Source: Basidiobolus meristosporus CBS 931.73
Taxonomy: Eukaryota; Fungi; Basidiobolomycota
Assembly: GCA_002104905.1 (NCBI GenBank)
Contig: MCFE01000183.1
Coordinates: 62,001 to 126,000, forward strand
Direction: 5' to 3'
DNA length: 64,000 bases
Position 1 is the stretch's first letter. Each line of letters begins with the position of its first letter. The notes beneath the pieces are model-generated. The model was not told the DNA's origin and ran no database searches. It saw only the letters and a program-made list of their open reading frames with translations. The position numbers and the translations under genes were made by a program. This document shows positions 49,106 to 60,976 of the stretch, one piece after another.

Positions 49106-49511
49106 CTATGCCAAATTCTGATGGTATTTAACCCATATGAATGCCAGCAAAGCAGAGCAAAGCGATGGACAGGATATCTTATTGCTCATATTGGCACTGT
49201 GGCTGGTGGTGCCTACTCTTCTCCCGGCATGATGGCCATCATCATCACCATCATCGCTGATATGGCAACCACCGCCATCTTCGAAAATTTCGACAGGCTT
49301 GTAATTCGGATCGGAGTTTAACAGATTCATAACTAGATAAAAAATTCGGTTGGTTTATGTTCGTAATAGAGTGCAACCAGGTAAACCCATTTTTACCTGG
49401 ATTTCTATCCTGACTGGCCTTGATATCGGTAGATGGTATCGCATCAGCCCGTGAGACAATAGTCACACTTGCTAATAGAAGCACAATAAATAAGAGTCTG
49501 GTCATAACCAT
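49106..49511 (-). CDS. Orphan small secreted, possibly GPI/TM-anchored protein (2 exons, ~113 aa)
   Basis: Signal peptide MVMTRLLFIVLLLASVTIVSRADA; 64-nt GT-AG intron 49396-49333 joins the ORFs in phase (NP|VMNLL); DDGDDDGHH patch; hydrophobic tail. Confidence 0.65.
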
Positions 49512-50577
49512 AACATTAGCAGGCGTTTGCCAGTTAAATAGTTAATCTGAGAATTTCTTCACCCATTTGGTTGGCACCCTTTGGTAACGCTATTTCACCA
49601 CATTCTCTTACCCATTAGTCTCACCATTTTACCGCATGCTCTTGACTTGATTTGGTCGAAATCCACCACATGCTCTAAACTGTATATGGCTGAAATCCAC
49701 CACGTGCGTATCTGACTGATTCTTCTCGGAATGTCCCGTTGCCTTGATACGCGTTTGTTCTCATACAAAGTGTTTTACGTAAGCCAACTACAATAAGAAC
49801 TTCCTATGGGAATTGGAGCTGGCAAGCTGGTGGAAATATAGCATGTGGCTGCGCACAGCCCCGGTTCAGCTTCAGAACAATCCACGAAACTCGCATGTCC
49901 CAAAGAAGCACATCAAATAGATAAAAATGCAAATCGGGATCAAGAGGGAGCTGTTTCCGAGGGCCAATGCTTGCTCAAAATGCATACAGCGCCTGATCTA
50001 TCAAAGAAAAGCTATTTGACAAATAGAAATTGATTGCATTGAAGTTTCCATCTGCCGAGTGTGACCTACCAGGGAAAGCCGGGAGAACATCCCGAGAGTT
50101 GATATCTTTATGATGGATCCTCTTGCGGTCTTGAGCTTATCCGGAACACCGTTCTTGCTTTTCTGTCCTGGTTGTGATTATGCAAGCAGCTCAGGAGCAC
50201 ACCAATTATCATGCCTGACTAGGCCAAATGACTCCAGATAGAACCGGGAAACTGTTATGAAATCGTGCCTGCGACTGTTGAACCGCAACTGAATCTTGCT
50301 AAGGTGTTATTGCTATATGCTGCAGCAGTGTTGTCACGTAGTTTCACGCCTTGCACGCTACGTAGATTGATAACTTCAAGAGGTATAAAGTCGGGTCGAA
50401 GGGCAGTCAAGAATATCTCGTTAGGTATATTGTTTGGATATGTTCCTAAACCTGGTTATCACCCTTTTCTCTTATTTGCTGTGACAGAACTCCCAATATA
50501 TTCCAGAGTTGGCTATCTCCAATTTCTCACTTATTTACTGACTCCAATGCTGAATGTTGATTGGTTATTTTCCTTGA

Positions 50578-51624
<1,047 letters not shown>

Positions 51625-51760
51625 ATCACAAAATGTATTTAATAATGTACACTATTTATATGTCAGTGATAATTTTATGTAGTCCTTAGCCTTAGATTTT
51701 AGAATAAACAAACGTCTTGAGATGTGGGCGCTACTTTGATGCATATTAACAGGTTAAAAG

Positions 51761-52101
51761 TGTTGTAAGAGTTTTGGAGATATTGGAAGTGATTGGGAGA
51801 ACAAGTAGGTTATGTGGCTTTCACTTTATGATTTATCGAATGTAATAGTAGCATCTATATTTGTACATGGTATTGGCAAAAAAACACATCAAATATGTTT
51901 GGGAAGGTCCCAAGAACATGTGTGCAAAGTTGTTTAGGCAACTTACTGAAATTTCATGCTCAGGGTACCTGATGTTTTGGCAAAAATATTCCAAGTAAAT
52001 CTCAACAAGAAATTTGCTCAGAATTCTCTAAGAATTGTAGGTAATAATCTAAGTAACTAAGCTAGGTGAGCAGTTAGGTGCAATTACAAATATTTTCAAC
52101 A
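51761..52101 (-). repeat. Copia LTR (family of 13973-14321), no TSD
   Basis: Plus strand TGTTGTAAGAG...TTCAACA, 341 bp; flanks AAAAG/AGATG do not match. Confidence 0.85.
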
Positions 52102-54430
52102 AGATGTAAAGAAGGCAGTCACACACCTACCTTCAAAGTAGTACTCTATGTACCAGAAATAGCTAAGAATCTATTATCTGTAAGCAAGACCACAGCAGAA
52201 GGACTCAGCTTTGGTGTTGACAACTATGAATGCTGGATTACCAATAAAATGGTGCCCATATTGCATTGGGTATCAGAGATCAGAGCCTATGCAAATTGAC
52301 TCATATTCCATCACATCTAGAAGCCAACATAAGTAACTTATATGAAGTAATACATATGCTTTGGCATAGCATGTGGTAATTATTAAGTTGCCACCTAAAT
52401 ATGCATGCCAACTTAGTCACATAGATCTTATTCTTTGATTAGCCTTCTGTCCTGACCAAATCTCTTGTTGGGATTTACTTAGAGTATTTTCACCAAATTA
52501 TCAGGTACCCAGATTATGATCTTTCTCAGAGTTGTCCAAAAGCCCCCAGACTTTGCACACATATTCTTGGGACCTTTCTTAACAAACTCTACACATTTTT
52601 TTGCTCTACTTTATCAAAAGTATAAATACCATACTTTTGATCAACAAATCTACAAGTTAGTAACATGTAGTCCTCTAGTTCTCCACATCACTTCCAAAAC
52701 ACCTCAGAATATTGCAATATTGCAGACTGAGACAAATCAACTTTGAATATTTGCATAAAACAATCAAAAGTCATCTGATTTCTTGAGTAAAAACTGATCC
52801 CCCAGTTAATTTGGGGTACTGTGAAGCCTGCATATATGAGAAATAAGCCTGAAAGCCATTCAAGAGCTTTAGGTCAATCAAAACCCAGAAAAAACTAGGT
52901 TTAACTCACTCAGATCTGTGTGCACCCATGCAAAATCTCTCCTTAGGTGAATTGATGTATTTAAGTACAATTATTGATGATTATACAAGATACACAGAGA
53001 TCTACATCTGATAAAGAATGGAAGAAGCTGCACCTAGGTTCAGGGAGATCAAAGCCATGGTGGAGAGAAGAACTGGTTAGAAATCAGGGAAATACACTCT
53101 GGCAATGGTGGAGGATAGATCTTAAGACTCTTCATCCACTTCTCAAAAGTTCATAGGATAAAGCAAGAGACTGCTGTGCCATACTCCCTGCAGCAAAATG
53201 AAGCTTCAAAATGTGCAAGCAGATCAACACTATATAGCAAGATCCATGATTCAGGATCAAATAATATCATATTATTTTTGAGCAGAATCAGTTGCTTTTG
53301 CTCTATATCTTAGAAATAAGAGTTACAGCAAAATACTTTGGGATTCCATACCACTTGAGGCATAGGATGAGTACAACTAAGTGCAGAGCACCCAAGAATA
53401 TTTGGTTACACAGCATATGCCAAGCAATTGTCTGGAACTCAGTCAAAATTTGAGCCAAAAATCCAGTTGCCTATTTGTGGGCTACTGCAATGAAGGTATG
53501 GCCTATAGACTCTAAAATATCAAAGCAAAGATGCTGAGCAAGTCTGGGTTGAGCTGTTTGATGTAAGCTTAAAATCATCATACAAAATGGCATTAGATCA
53601 GGACAAAAACTCATCTCAAGACCACCAGTAGTCAGGATTGAATCAGAGCAAAGCAATCAAAATCTTTTACTCCAGAGGACTCTTCATCCATAGTTTAGCC
53701 TGAATTAGTGCCCTGGAATATCTAAAAGAGAACATTCCACTATTACAAGGTAGAAGATCCAACTGTACTAGAAATAGCCCAAATCATTATATCAATAAGG
53801 TCACAAACTCATCCTATGCCTATTCAGTCATTATTAATGAGCCCTAGTCAGTAAAAGAGGCGCTCATTAGTCCTTAGACAAAGTTTTGGAGATCTGCAAT
53901 GACTGAGGAATATTAGGCCCCAATGGAAAACCAAACTGAGGAATTGCTCAAATTACCAATCAATCAAAAATTAATTAGAGGCAGATGGGTCTTTACAACA
54001 AAATATCAGGTTGATGGTACAGTTGAAAGATACAAAGCATGCCTTGGGCCAAAGGATACTCTCAGACAGAAGGACTGTACTACTCTGAAACCTTTGCTTT
54101 GATAGCCAAGTTCAATTCAATTAGACAAATATTGGCTATTGCAGGCAAATATAAGTTTGTATTAATCAAATAGATGTAAAGACTGTGATTTTGAGCAGCA
54201 AGCTTGATAAGGACATGTACATGGACTAACCTGTTTGGTTTGCTGACCAGGATAACCCCAATTGGTCTGCAAGCTTAATGTCTCTAAATGGTCTCACGCA
54301 ATTACCAAGAGCTTGGAGTTGCAAGACAAACTCCTATCTGGAATCCCTGAGTTTCCAAAGAAGTATGGCTGACTACAGTATCTACTATGAGTCAGATGGA
54401 GCAAGTCCAGCTCTATTAGCTCTATGTGTG
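52102..54430 (+). mobile_element. Heavily degenerate, doubly truncated Ty1/copia internal region (PR-IN-RT)
   Basis: EGSHTPTFKVVLYVPEIAKNLLSVSK; integrase and RT remnants up to LALCV (LALYVD homolog); many stops. Confidence 0.85.
52372..52719 (+). repeat. Solo LTR of a second copia subfamily, 348 bp
   Basis: TGTGG...GCAATA; 5-bp TSD TAGCA/TTGCA; splits the host LWH..R motif; similar to the reverse complement of 58723-59070. Confidence 0.8.
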
Positions 54431-54508
54431 TATACTAATACTGTGAGATTTCTTCAACAAGTGGTGGTTGGATGATGAAATATAAATTAATGGCAACGAT
54501 ATAATTTC

Positions 54509-54850
54509 TGTTGCTTATATGGTTGCATCTTACTCTTTACCTAATTTAAGCACTTAGGTCACAGCTGGCAAACCTTACCGCATTGTACCTATATTCTTTA
54601 TTGGGATGTATTTGGAAGAATTTGCCTGAATATTGGGTACCTAGGATATGGAAATCTCAAGGTTGGCAAATGAGCCAGAGTATTGCACACAAGCTCTTGG
54701 GACCTTCACAGACATACTATACAAGTTTGTTTTTACCAAGATCATGCAAGGTACATAGACCCCTTTTATATTTTGTATATCACTTAGTGAGAGCCACAAG
54801 TTCCACCTAGTCTCCCAATAACTTTTAGTATCTTCAAAACTCAAGCAGCA
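54509..54850 (+). repeat. Strongly diverged copia-family LTR
   Basis: TGTTG start; core cacaagctcttgggaccttc...ccaagatcatg; length ~342 bp. Confidence 0.5.
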
Positions 54851-57144
54851 ATATTCAAGGTATCCAATATAGATGAGCTAGAGAATACTGCTCTATACAT
54901 TTGATTATTGTTGGTGTTAGCATGACTTAGTGCCTATCTGTGGTGTAGATGCATAACAGATGGGTGTCTATTAAGCTCAATTTCAATAAGCATTTAGAGC
55001 ATAGCAACATGACATTAAGTGATCAGGAAGATCATAATCCATTACTAAAGTGGGTATATTAATCAGAATCTGCATAAGATTGACCAATGGTGCATAAAAG
55101 TACATGTAAAGTAATAGCCTATTTAGCTTCAGACTTGACTATGCAAGATCATAACCCACCCATTATTGCTACACTCACTATTAAACAGTCAGATCCCCAA
55201 AAACTCCTGGCTTACCTGAATAAAATATATTTGTCAATCAACTTTACTTAAAATTGGCTTATCAGCCTTCTTGGCCATCAGAACCTAAGATTTTGGCTTT
55301 ATTTTGAGATTTTAAATCAAGTTCTATGCCTAGATTATTTTATTCATAGCAAGGTGAGGTAAGCATTTTTTGGTAATTGTTATGTAGTTAGCAAGCAGCC
55401 ATAATGATGGTACAATTAGCCATTGCCTTGTAAAATGCCTTTGGCTTCGCTGATGTAATATGCTCATTTCCCATTTGTTATTTATCCATGAGTAAACCAA
55501 GTGTGGTTAATCACCCCATTTATGTTGTACAGCAACTATGTTGTTACAAACAATAACTGGGATGGTAATTTCAGGATCACCACATTAAAATTCGAGGTTG
55601 TAGTAAACGCAATGGTGTAAACTCGGATGGCTAAGAGTAAATACAGAGATCAGATCCAATCAGCAATTGCACCAATTGGGAAAGGGTGTGCTGGAAACAA
55701 TATGAATGTATATTGGCAAACAGATTGGATTGTTAACCTTTATGTCCTTGCTCAAGCATATCAGCAACACTCCGGCATGGGTTATTAGTGCTGCAAACTA
55801 CTATGCTAAGGCACAAGGAAAGACACCTTTCGGTATCTACCAGGCCAATGAAATGCTGTTTATGGAGATTTGAACGTAGAATTATTTCATTAGCTTGCCA
55901 CTTTGGTATGGCTCTGGCACCTTACGATGTAATTAGTGGCGGGAATTTCCAAACCAAAGGTGCAACAGATGAGCGTAGAAAGAGAGGATGGTGGCTAACG
56001 AGTGTGATCTTGGCTCAGTAGGGTACGACTTGATGAGGTGGGGGCAGACCATGAAAATGAGTCAGTGACAGCTATTGTACTCGCTTATGTAAGTACCAAA
56101 GCAACAAGCGTATATTCCGCTGACTCGAGGAAGAAAAGTAGAGCACCTCCACAATAATACTCGAGCGTTAAACTGACAATCGAGTTTTTGGAAAATGTCA
56201 AGTCAAAGGAGTTGGGCTTTCGGAACAACTACTTTGGCGTTGATCCCAGAATCACTGGGCTCACTACAGCGATTTCACCTCTAGCAACTTCTTAAGCCAA
56301 TTGCCCGTGCATAGACACTTGAGTCTCATATAAACATACAGTTTTTCATTGCATTCAGGAAATCTTTTCTATAGCTGTTATACTTGACTACAGTTGGTCG
56401 AAGGTATATTTTTTCATTCTGGCACTCCACATATTCATTTCCCACAAGCAGCTGTGTTGTGGAGCAAGGTAAATCCGTATAGAAAAGTATCGGGAGATCA
56501 AACGCACCAACCAACATACCTCAAGGCTCTTGGGATATCGTTTTCCCATTCTTCTCTCAGGGCAACGCCACGGAGCCATCGAGAGCGCAAATTGGATAAA
56601 TATTGGCAAGTATATATCCGGAGCAATATTGGCAGCAGCAGATCACACAGCAGCATTGATTGAGCCAGGAAATGTCAGCACAAATAACCATACTAAGCTG
56701 TGTTATTGGGAGAGTTGGAAGTTGACGCAGAGCACGGCCCGGGTTACTTCATCTTTATTTGCCAAGACCGTCTGATTAGGAATTCTATTGATAAATCATG
56801 CCAAGACCACCTAGTTGGGAATTCCTTTGATATTCCTCCAGTCGCGTTATGAGAATCGTGGAAAAGTGTTTCGGTTACTTGTCTCCACAATACAAGACAG
56901 TCACCATAATTAAGCAGGTGCAAGGAACACTACTCCTTACCAGCCATCAACGCGACCGTAGAAAAATCCGGAACAGCCTAATAGTTACGTAGTACCCCTG
57001 CTAAAGCAATATTTCAAATCAAAGTCTCCTATCAGAAGGCTAGATCCCTCCAGTAGATATTGCTCTGCCTCGATGTTAAATAGGCCTTGGTGCTCGCAAA
57101 ACATCTCTACGATAGTCTCAAGCTCACTTTAACGCACAATCACA

Positions 57145-58509
57145 ATGACATTGCCGGCAGAACTTGACATCTTGGGACAGCACCCTATGCTTAGAATGAT
57201 GTACACCAATTTAAGCTATATCTTCGCCCTAGACGACAGTCCAAACCAGTCTGCCACAGACTCTGTCGTTCAGTCCCTTACGAATGGTCTACAGCGTTTG
57301 TCTGAGAGCTTTCCATGGATAGCGGGACAAGTCGGTAGCACAGGGGCCGACCAGGGTGGTTCCACAGCATTCAAAATCATACCATTCGAATCAATGCCTC
57401 CGCTTCAGACAGCGCACAGGCCAGATCTTTCGATTAAGACCTTCATTGAATCGAATTGGTCGATGCAGATGCTCGATCCAGACGTGTTTGCGCCGCGCTT
57501 GAGCCCCCTCGGTCAAGCCCCTAAGCCGTCTGATCCGGCGCCAGTATTTCTCCTACGGGCGACATTCATCACCGGCGCCGTCGTACTAACGTTTGCGGCA
57601 AACCACAGCGCCATGGATATGACGGGACAGACTATGATGATACGGCTTCTGAGCAGAGCCTGCCATAGTATCCAATTCACCGAAGAAGAGCTGCGTTTGG
57701 GGAATAGGGAAATAGGGTGCAAAATTGCCTTATTTGAAGACAGGGGGGATCAGGAGCTTAAGGCAGAGATAGCCAGTCAACTAAGCAGGAAGACAGCGGA
57801 GACAGAAATCCCCAAGGTGAATGATCCCCAAGAACCGGCCAAGCTTACTTGGGCATATTTCCAGGCAGATATGTCGTCGCTAGCCGCCATTAAAGCGAAA
57901 GCGACTGAATCGAACCCTAGTTCCAGTTTCGTATCCACAGACGATGCGCTCACCGCATTGATTTGGCAAGCAATCAGTCGTGCGCGTCGCTCTCGTCTCG
58001 GCGTATCCACAAGGCTGTTATTAGCGAGAGCAGTAGATGTGAGAAAGTCGATGGGCATTTCCGAAAGGTATCCGGGTATGATGCAGAACATGGCGTTTAA
58101 CAACTTGACTATTGAAGAGGTTTTAGAGATGCCTCTTGGTGCCGTCGCAGCTCAATTACGAAATAAGCTGGACCCTAACAACCTTGGACATGCAATGCGG
58201 GTAATCATGACCCTGATGAGCCGTCACCCGCACGAGTCGCCTATTTTACCCTATCTCAAGCCATCTCACGATGTCATGATCACCTCTTGGGCGAAGATGG
58301 ACTGCTACAGTGACGACTTTGACTTAGGGCTAGGTAAGCCAGAGATTGTACTACGCCCGCGGTTGCCACCTGTTGGCGAGGGATGGGTCAATTTAATGCC
58401 CAAGTCAGAGAAGAGGGGTATTATATTTGGTGTTTGTTTGCGGGAGGCAGATATGATGCTTTTCAAGGCTGATGAGCAGCTTAGGGAGTGTGTTGATTGT
58501 ATTGCCTAA
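57145..58509 (+). CDS. TRI101/AYT1-like BAHD-type O-acetyltransferase, intronless, 454 aa
   Basis: ELDILGQ, PWIAGQV, HxxxD as NHSAMDMTGQ, FVSTDDALTALIW, RAVDVR..MG....YPGMMQNM, SWAK, DFDLGLGKPE; colinear with recalled Fusarium TRI101. Confidence 0.9.
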   Translation: MTLPAELDILGQHPMLRMMYTNLSYIFALDDSPNQSATDSVVQSLTNGLQRLSESFPWIAGQVGSTGADQGGSTAFKIIPFESMPPLQTAHRPDLSIKTFIESNWSMQMLDPDVFAPRLSPLGQAPKPSDPAPVFLLRATFITGAVVLTFAANHSAMDMTGQTMMIRLLSRACHSIQFTEEELRLGNREIGCKIALFEDRGDQELKAEIASQLSRKTAETEIPKVNDPQEPAKLTWAYFQADMSSLAAIKAKATESNPSSSFVSTDDALTALIWQAISRARRSRLGVSTRLLLARAVDVRKSMGISERYPGMMQNMAFNNLTIEEVLEMPLGAVAAQLRNKLDPNNLGHAMRVIMTLMSRHPHESPILPYLKPSHDVMITSWAKMDCYSDDFDLGLGKPEIVLRPRLPPVGEGWVNLMPKSEKRGIIFGVCLREADMMLFKADEQLRECVDCIA

Positions 58510-58681
58510 ATTAGCCAGGTTGGTTGAATGCTAATATACTTGCCACAAGTCTAGCACATACAAATAAAAAGCCAGCTTGTATTTATTTTCTACTCATATA
58601 TCCGCTTAAATATATTGAACTGAGAATAGCAAATCAGGTAGTTTGCGCTGACTGAAAAGGAAGGTGCACTGATCTACATAG

Positions 58682-59354
58682 TGTTGTAAGAGTTTCGGAC
58701 AATAAGTAGATTATATGGTTTTTGTTGCAATATTCCGAGGAGTATTGGAAGTGATGTGGAGAACTAGAGGATTACATGTTATTCACTTGTAGATTTGTTG
58801 ATCAAAAGTATAGTATTGTTACTTTTGATAAAGTAAGGCAAACAAACGTGTAGAGTTTGTTAAGAAAGGTCCCAAGAATATGTGTGCAAAGTTTGGGGTC
58901 TTTTGGGCAACTTTGAGAAAGATCATAATCTGGATACCTGATAATTTGGGGAAAATACTCTAAGTAAATCCCAACAAAAGATTTGGTCAGGACAGAAGGC
59001 TAATCAAAGAATAGGATCTATGTGACTAAGTTGGCATGAGTATTTAGGTGGCAACTTAATAATGACAACACTTAGATCATTACCTTCAAATCCTAGAGAA
59101 CACTGACCAAACTCCTTGTTGGGATTTACTTATAATATTTACCCAGAACATAAAAATTAGATAAGTTGTCCAAACAGCCCCAAACTTTGCACACATGTTC
59201 TTAGGACCTTCCTAAACCTATTTTACATGCTTGTTATGCCAAGATCATGTAAAAGTATAAATACCACTTTTACATTCAATGAATCACTAAGTGAAAATCA
59301 CAGAATCTACTTGTCCTCCCAATCCCTTCCAATATCTCCAAGACTCTTACAACA
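58682..59354. repeat. Composite of three copia LTR pieces
   Basis: 58682-58722 is a shortened family-1 LTR 3' end (minus); 58723-59070 is a complete 348-bp subfamily-2 LTR (minus); 59071-59354 is a 5'-truncated family-1 LTR (plus) ending CTTACAACA. Confidence 0.82.
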
Positions 59355-59559
59355 CCATTACACCCAAATACTTATATTAACTCAATCACTTAAGTCATAG
59401 TACATAAGCATTATTATTTTTGGACCAGATTCATAGATGTGTTTTTACTTAAAGTGCTTTTATCCTAGTGTCTGGCTCTCAGGGAATAATATCACTTACC
59501 AATAACTCAGATAGCAAAGAATTATGTATATAGTTGAAAGCTTTCATCAGCTGAGTATT

Positions 59560-60330
59560 GGCACTAGCTAATAGAGATAGACGGTCATAGTCACTGCAAT
59601 ATAAACATACAGTTTAGTAGAGCCAGACTCAATTGAAGAGGAGGGAATTGCCACAACACAAGTTTGCCAGTATCATAAAGATCTATGAGAAGCAAAATAG
59701 TGCATGTAATATATTGGTAGGTATACACAACAGCCAAGAAATTATTAGAATTGCTTATGTAAAGAGCTGTGCCACACAGTCTGTTCCTCTGCCAACCAAG
59801 TTCTGGGAGAAAGCTTACTTAAAGAATGTTTACTAGCTATTTTCCAAATAAATTTATGAGTCCAGGTAGCTACTGGTCGAGTGATAGAGTGCCAATGCTG
59901 CTCTACAGGTGAGTTCTATTCCATTTGAGGTATGCCAGTTTACTATGCAAGTTTATTGATAATGGTAATATTGTTAGGCAGCGCTGGACAAATGGGGCAT
60001 GGCTTGGTGAAGTATGAGGCTGTAGAGGTATTAGTAGCCACAGCGTTGTTTAACCTATTGAACATTAGTCGCATTGAAAAAAAGGTCAGCGTAGCATTTG
60101 GCATATTGATCATAAACCTTGATCCAGTTCTGAACGCATTCTGTGAATATTCTATCATCTGGCACATCAGAAAGATCTTCATTCATGTGAACATGCAGAT
60201 CTTTTTCTTCCATCAAGAGACAGTATTCTGCTGCGAATTTTAGGTGCACTCGAGTGCAATCAGTGGCTCGTAGTTCTCCAGCACATAAGAGATCGCCTTT
60301 ACTACCTTCTGTGGTTCTTGGGAGCATCGA
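59560..60330 (-). mobile_element. Possible degenerate DNA-transposase remnant (hAT-like C-terminus?)
   Basis: CpG-poor, stop-riddled; VAIPSSSIE resembles the hAT dimerisation LAIPASS..ER motif. Weak. Confidence 0.25.
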
Positions 60331-60440
60331 ATTAGAATCTTACTTACAAGCGTGTTAGTCGCTGACTTGTCGCAACGCGGTGCCGTACACGCGGTGTTAA
60401 GGAGTGGTGAAAATTGGTCAGCATTGCTTAGTTCATAGTT

Positions 60441-60629
60441 CTACCAACCTATGGAGGCGACTGGTGACCAGATTTGACTGAGCGGTAAACATGGCTCATT
60501 ATCAGTTACAATAGAGAGTAATGATTGCCTACGGGTGGCCGACAGCTGGCCGAGATCATTGTCTACAGGTGCGGCGTCGGCAACCAAAAGAGTAGAGGCA
60601 ATCACAGCAGATACACGTGAGGATTTCAT
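60441..60629 (-). CDS. Small ORF with signal peptide (62 aa); peptide precursor or truncated secreted-protein gene
   Basis: ATG start; MKSSRVSAVIASTLLVADA|APVD...ATRR|QSLL...; no recognisable family. Confidence 0.35.
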   Translation of the reverse strand: MKSSRVSAVIASTLLVADAAPVDNDLGQLSATRRQSLLSIVTDNEPCLPLSQIWSPVASIGW

Positions 60630-60976
60630 TGTGACCCAAGAATCAAAGGCTTGGCAAGAAAATACCTGAGGGATTGTAATTTATTGTATTAAGGTAAATA
60701 ATATCGCAATTGCAAGACATAACCGTTTGATTATAGCTTGTGCTATATAGTTAAGATGAAAGCAAAAGTATACTGGTAAGAACACACAGATATCTATTGC
60801 TCTTGAGATATTATTAACAATACTGAACAACACTCCACTAGCTACAAAGTCTGCGCGAAGCTCTTTGCGTGTTGCAAAAATGTACGAGATTTCTTGGAAA
60901 TTCATTGGTCAGATATCTTAATATAGGTGATAGCATCTATCCTTGTGTTTATTTCAACTACATTCGATGTTTTCTC

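Noticed and set aside
56326-56775. Overlapping short ORFs with a faint kinase-like APWRCPE string
   Set aside because: No other kinase subdomain motifs; ORFs on both strands are equally unconvincing.
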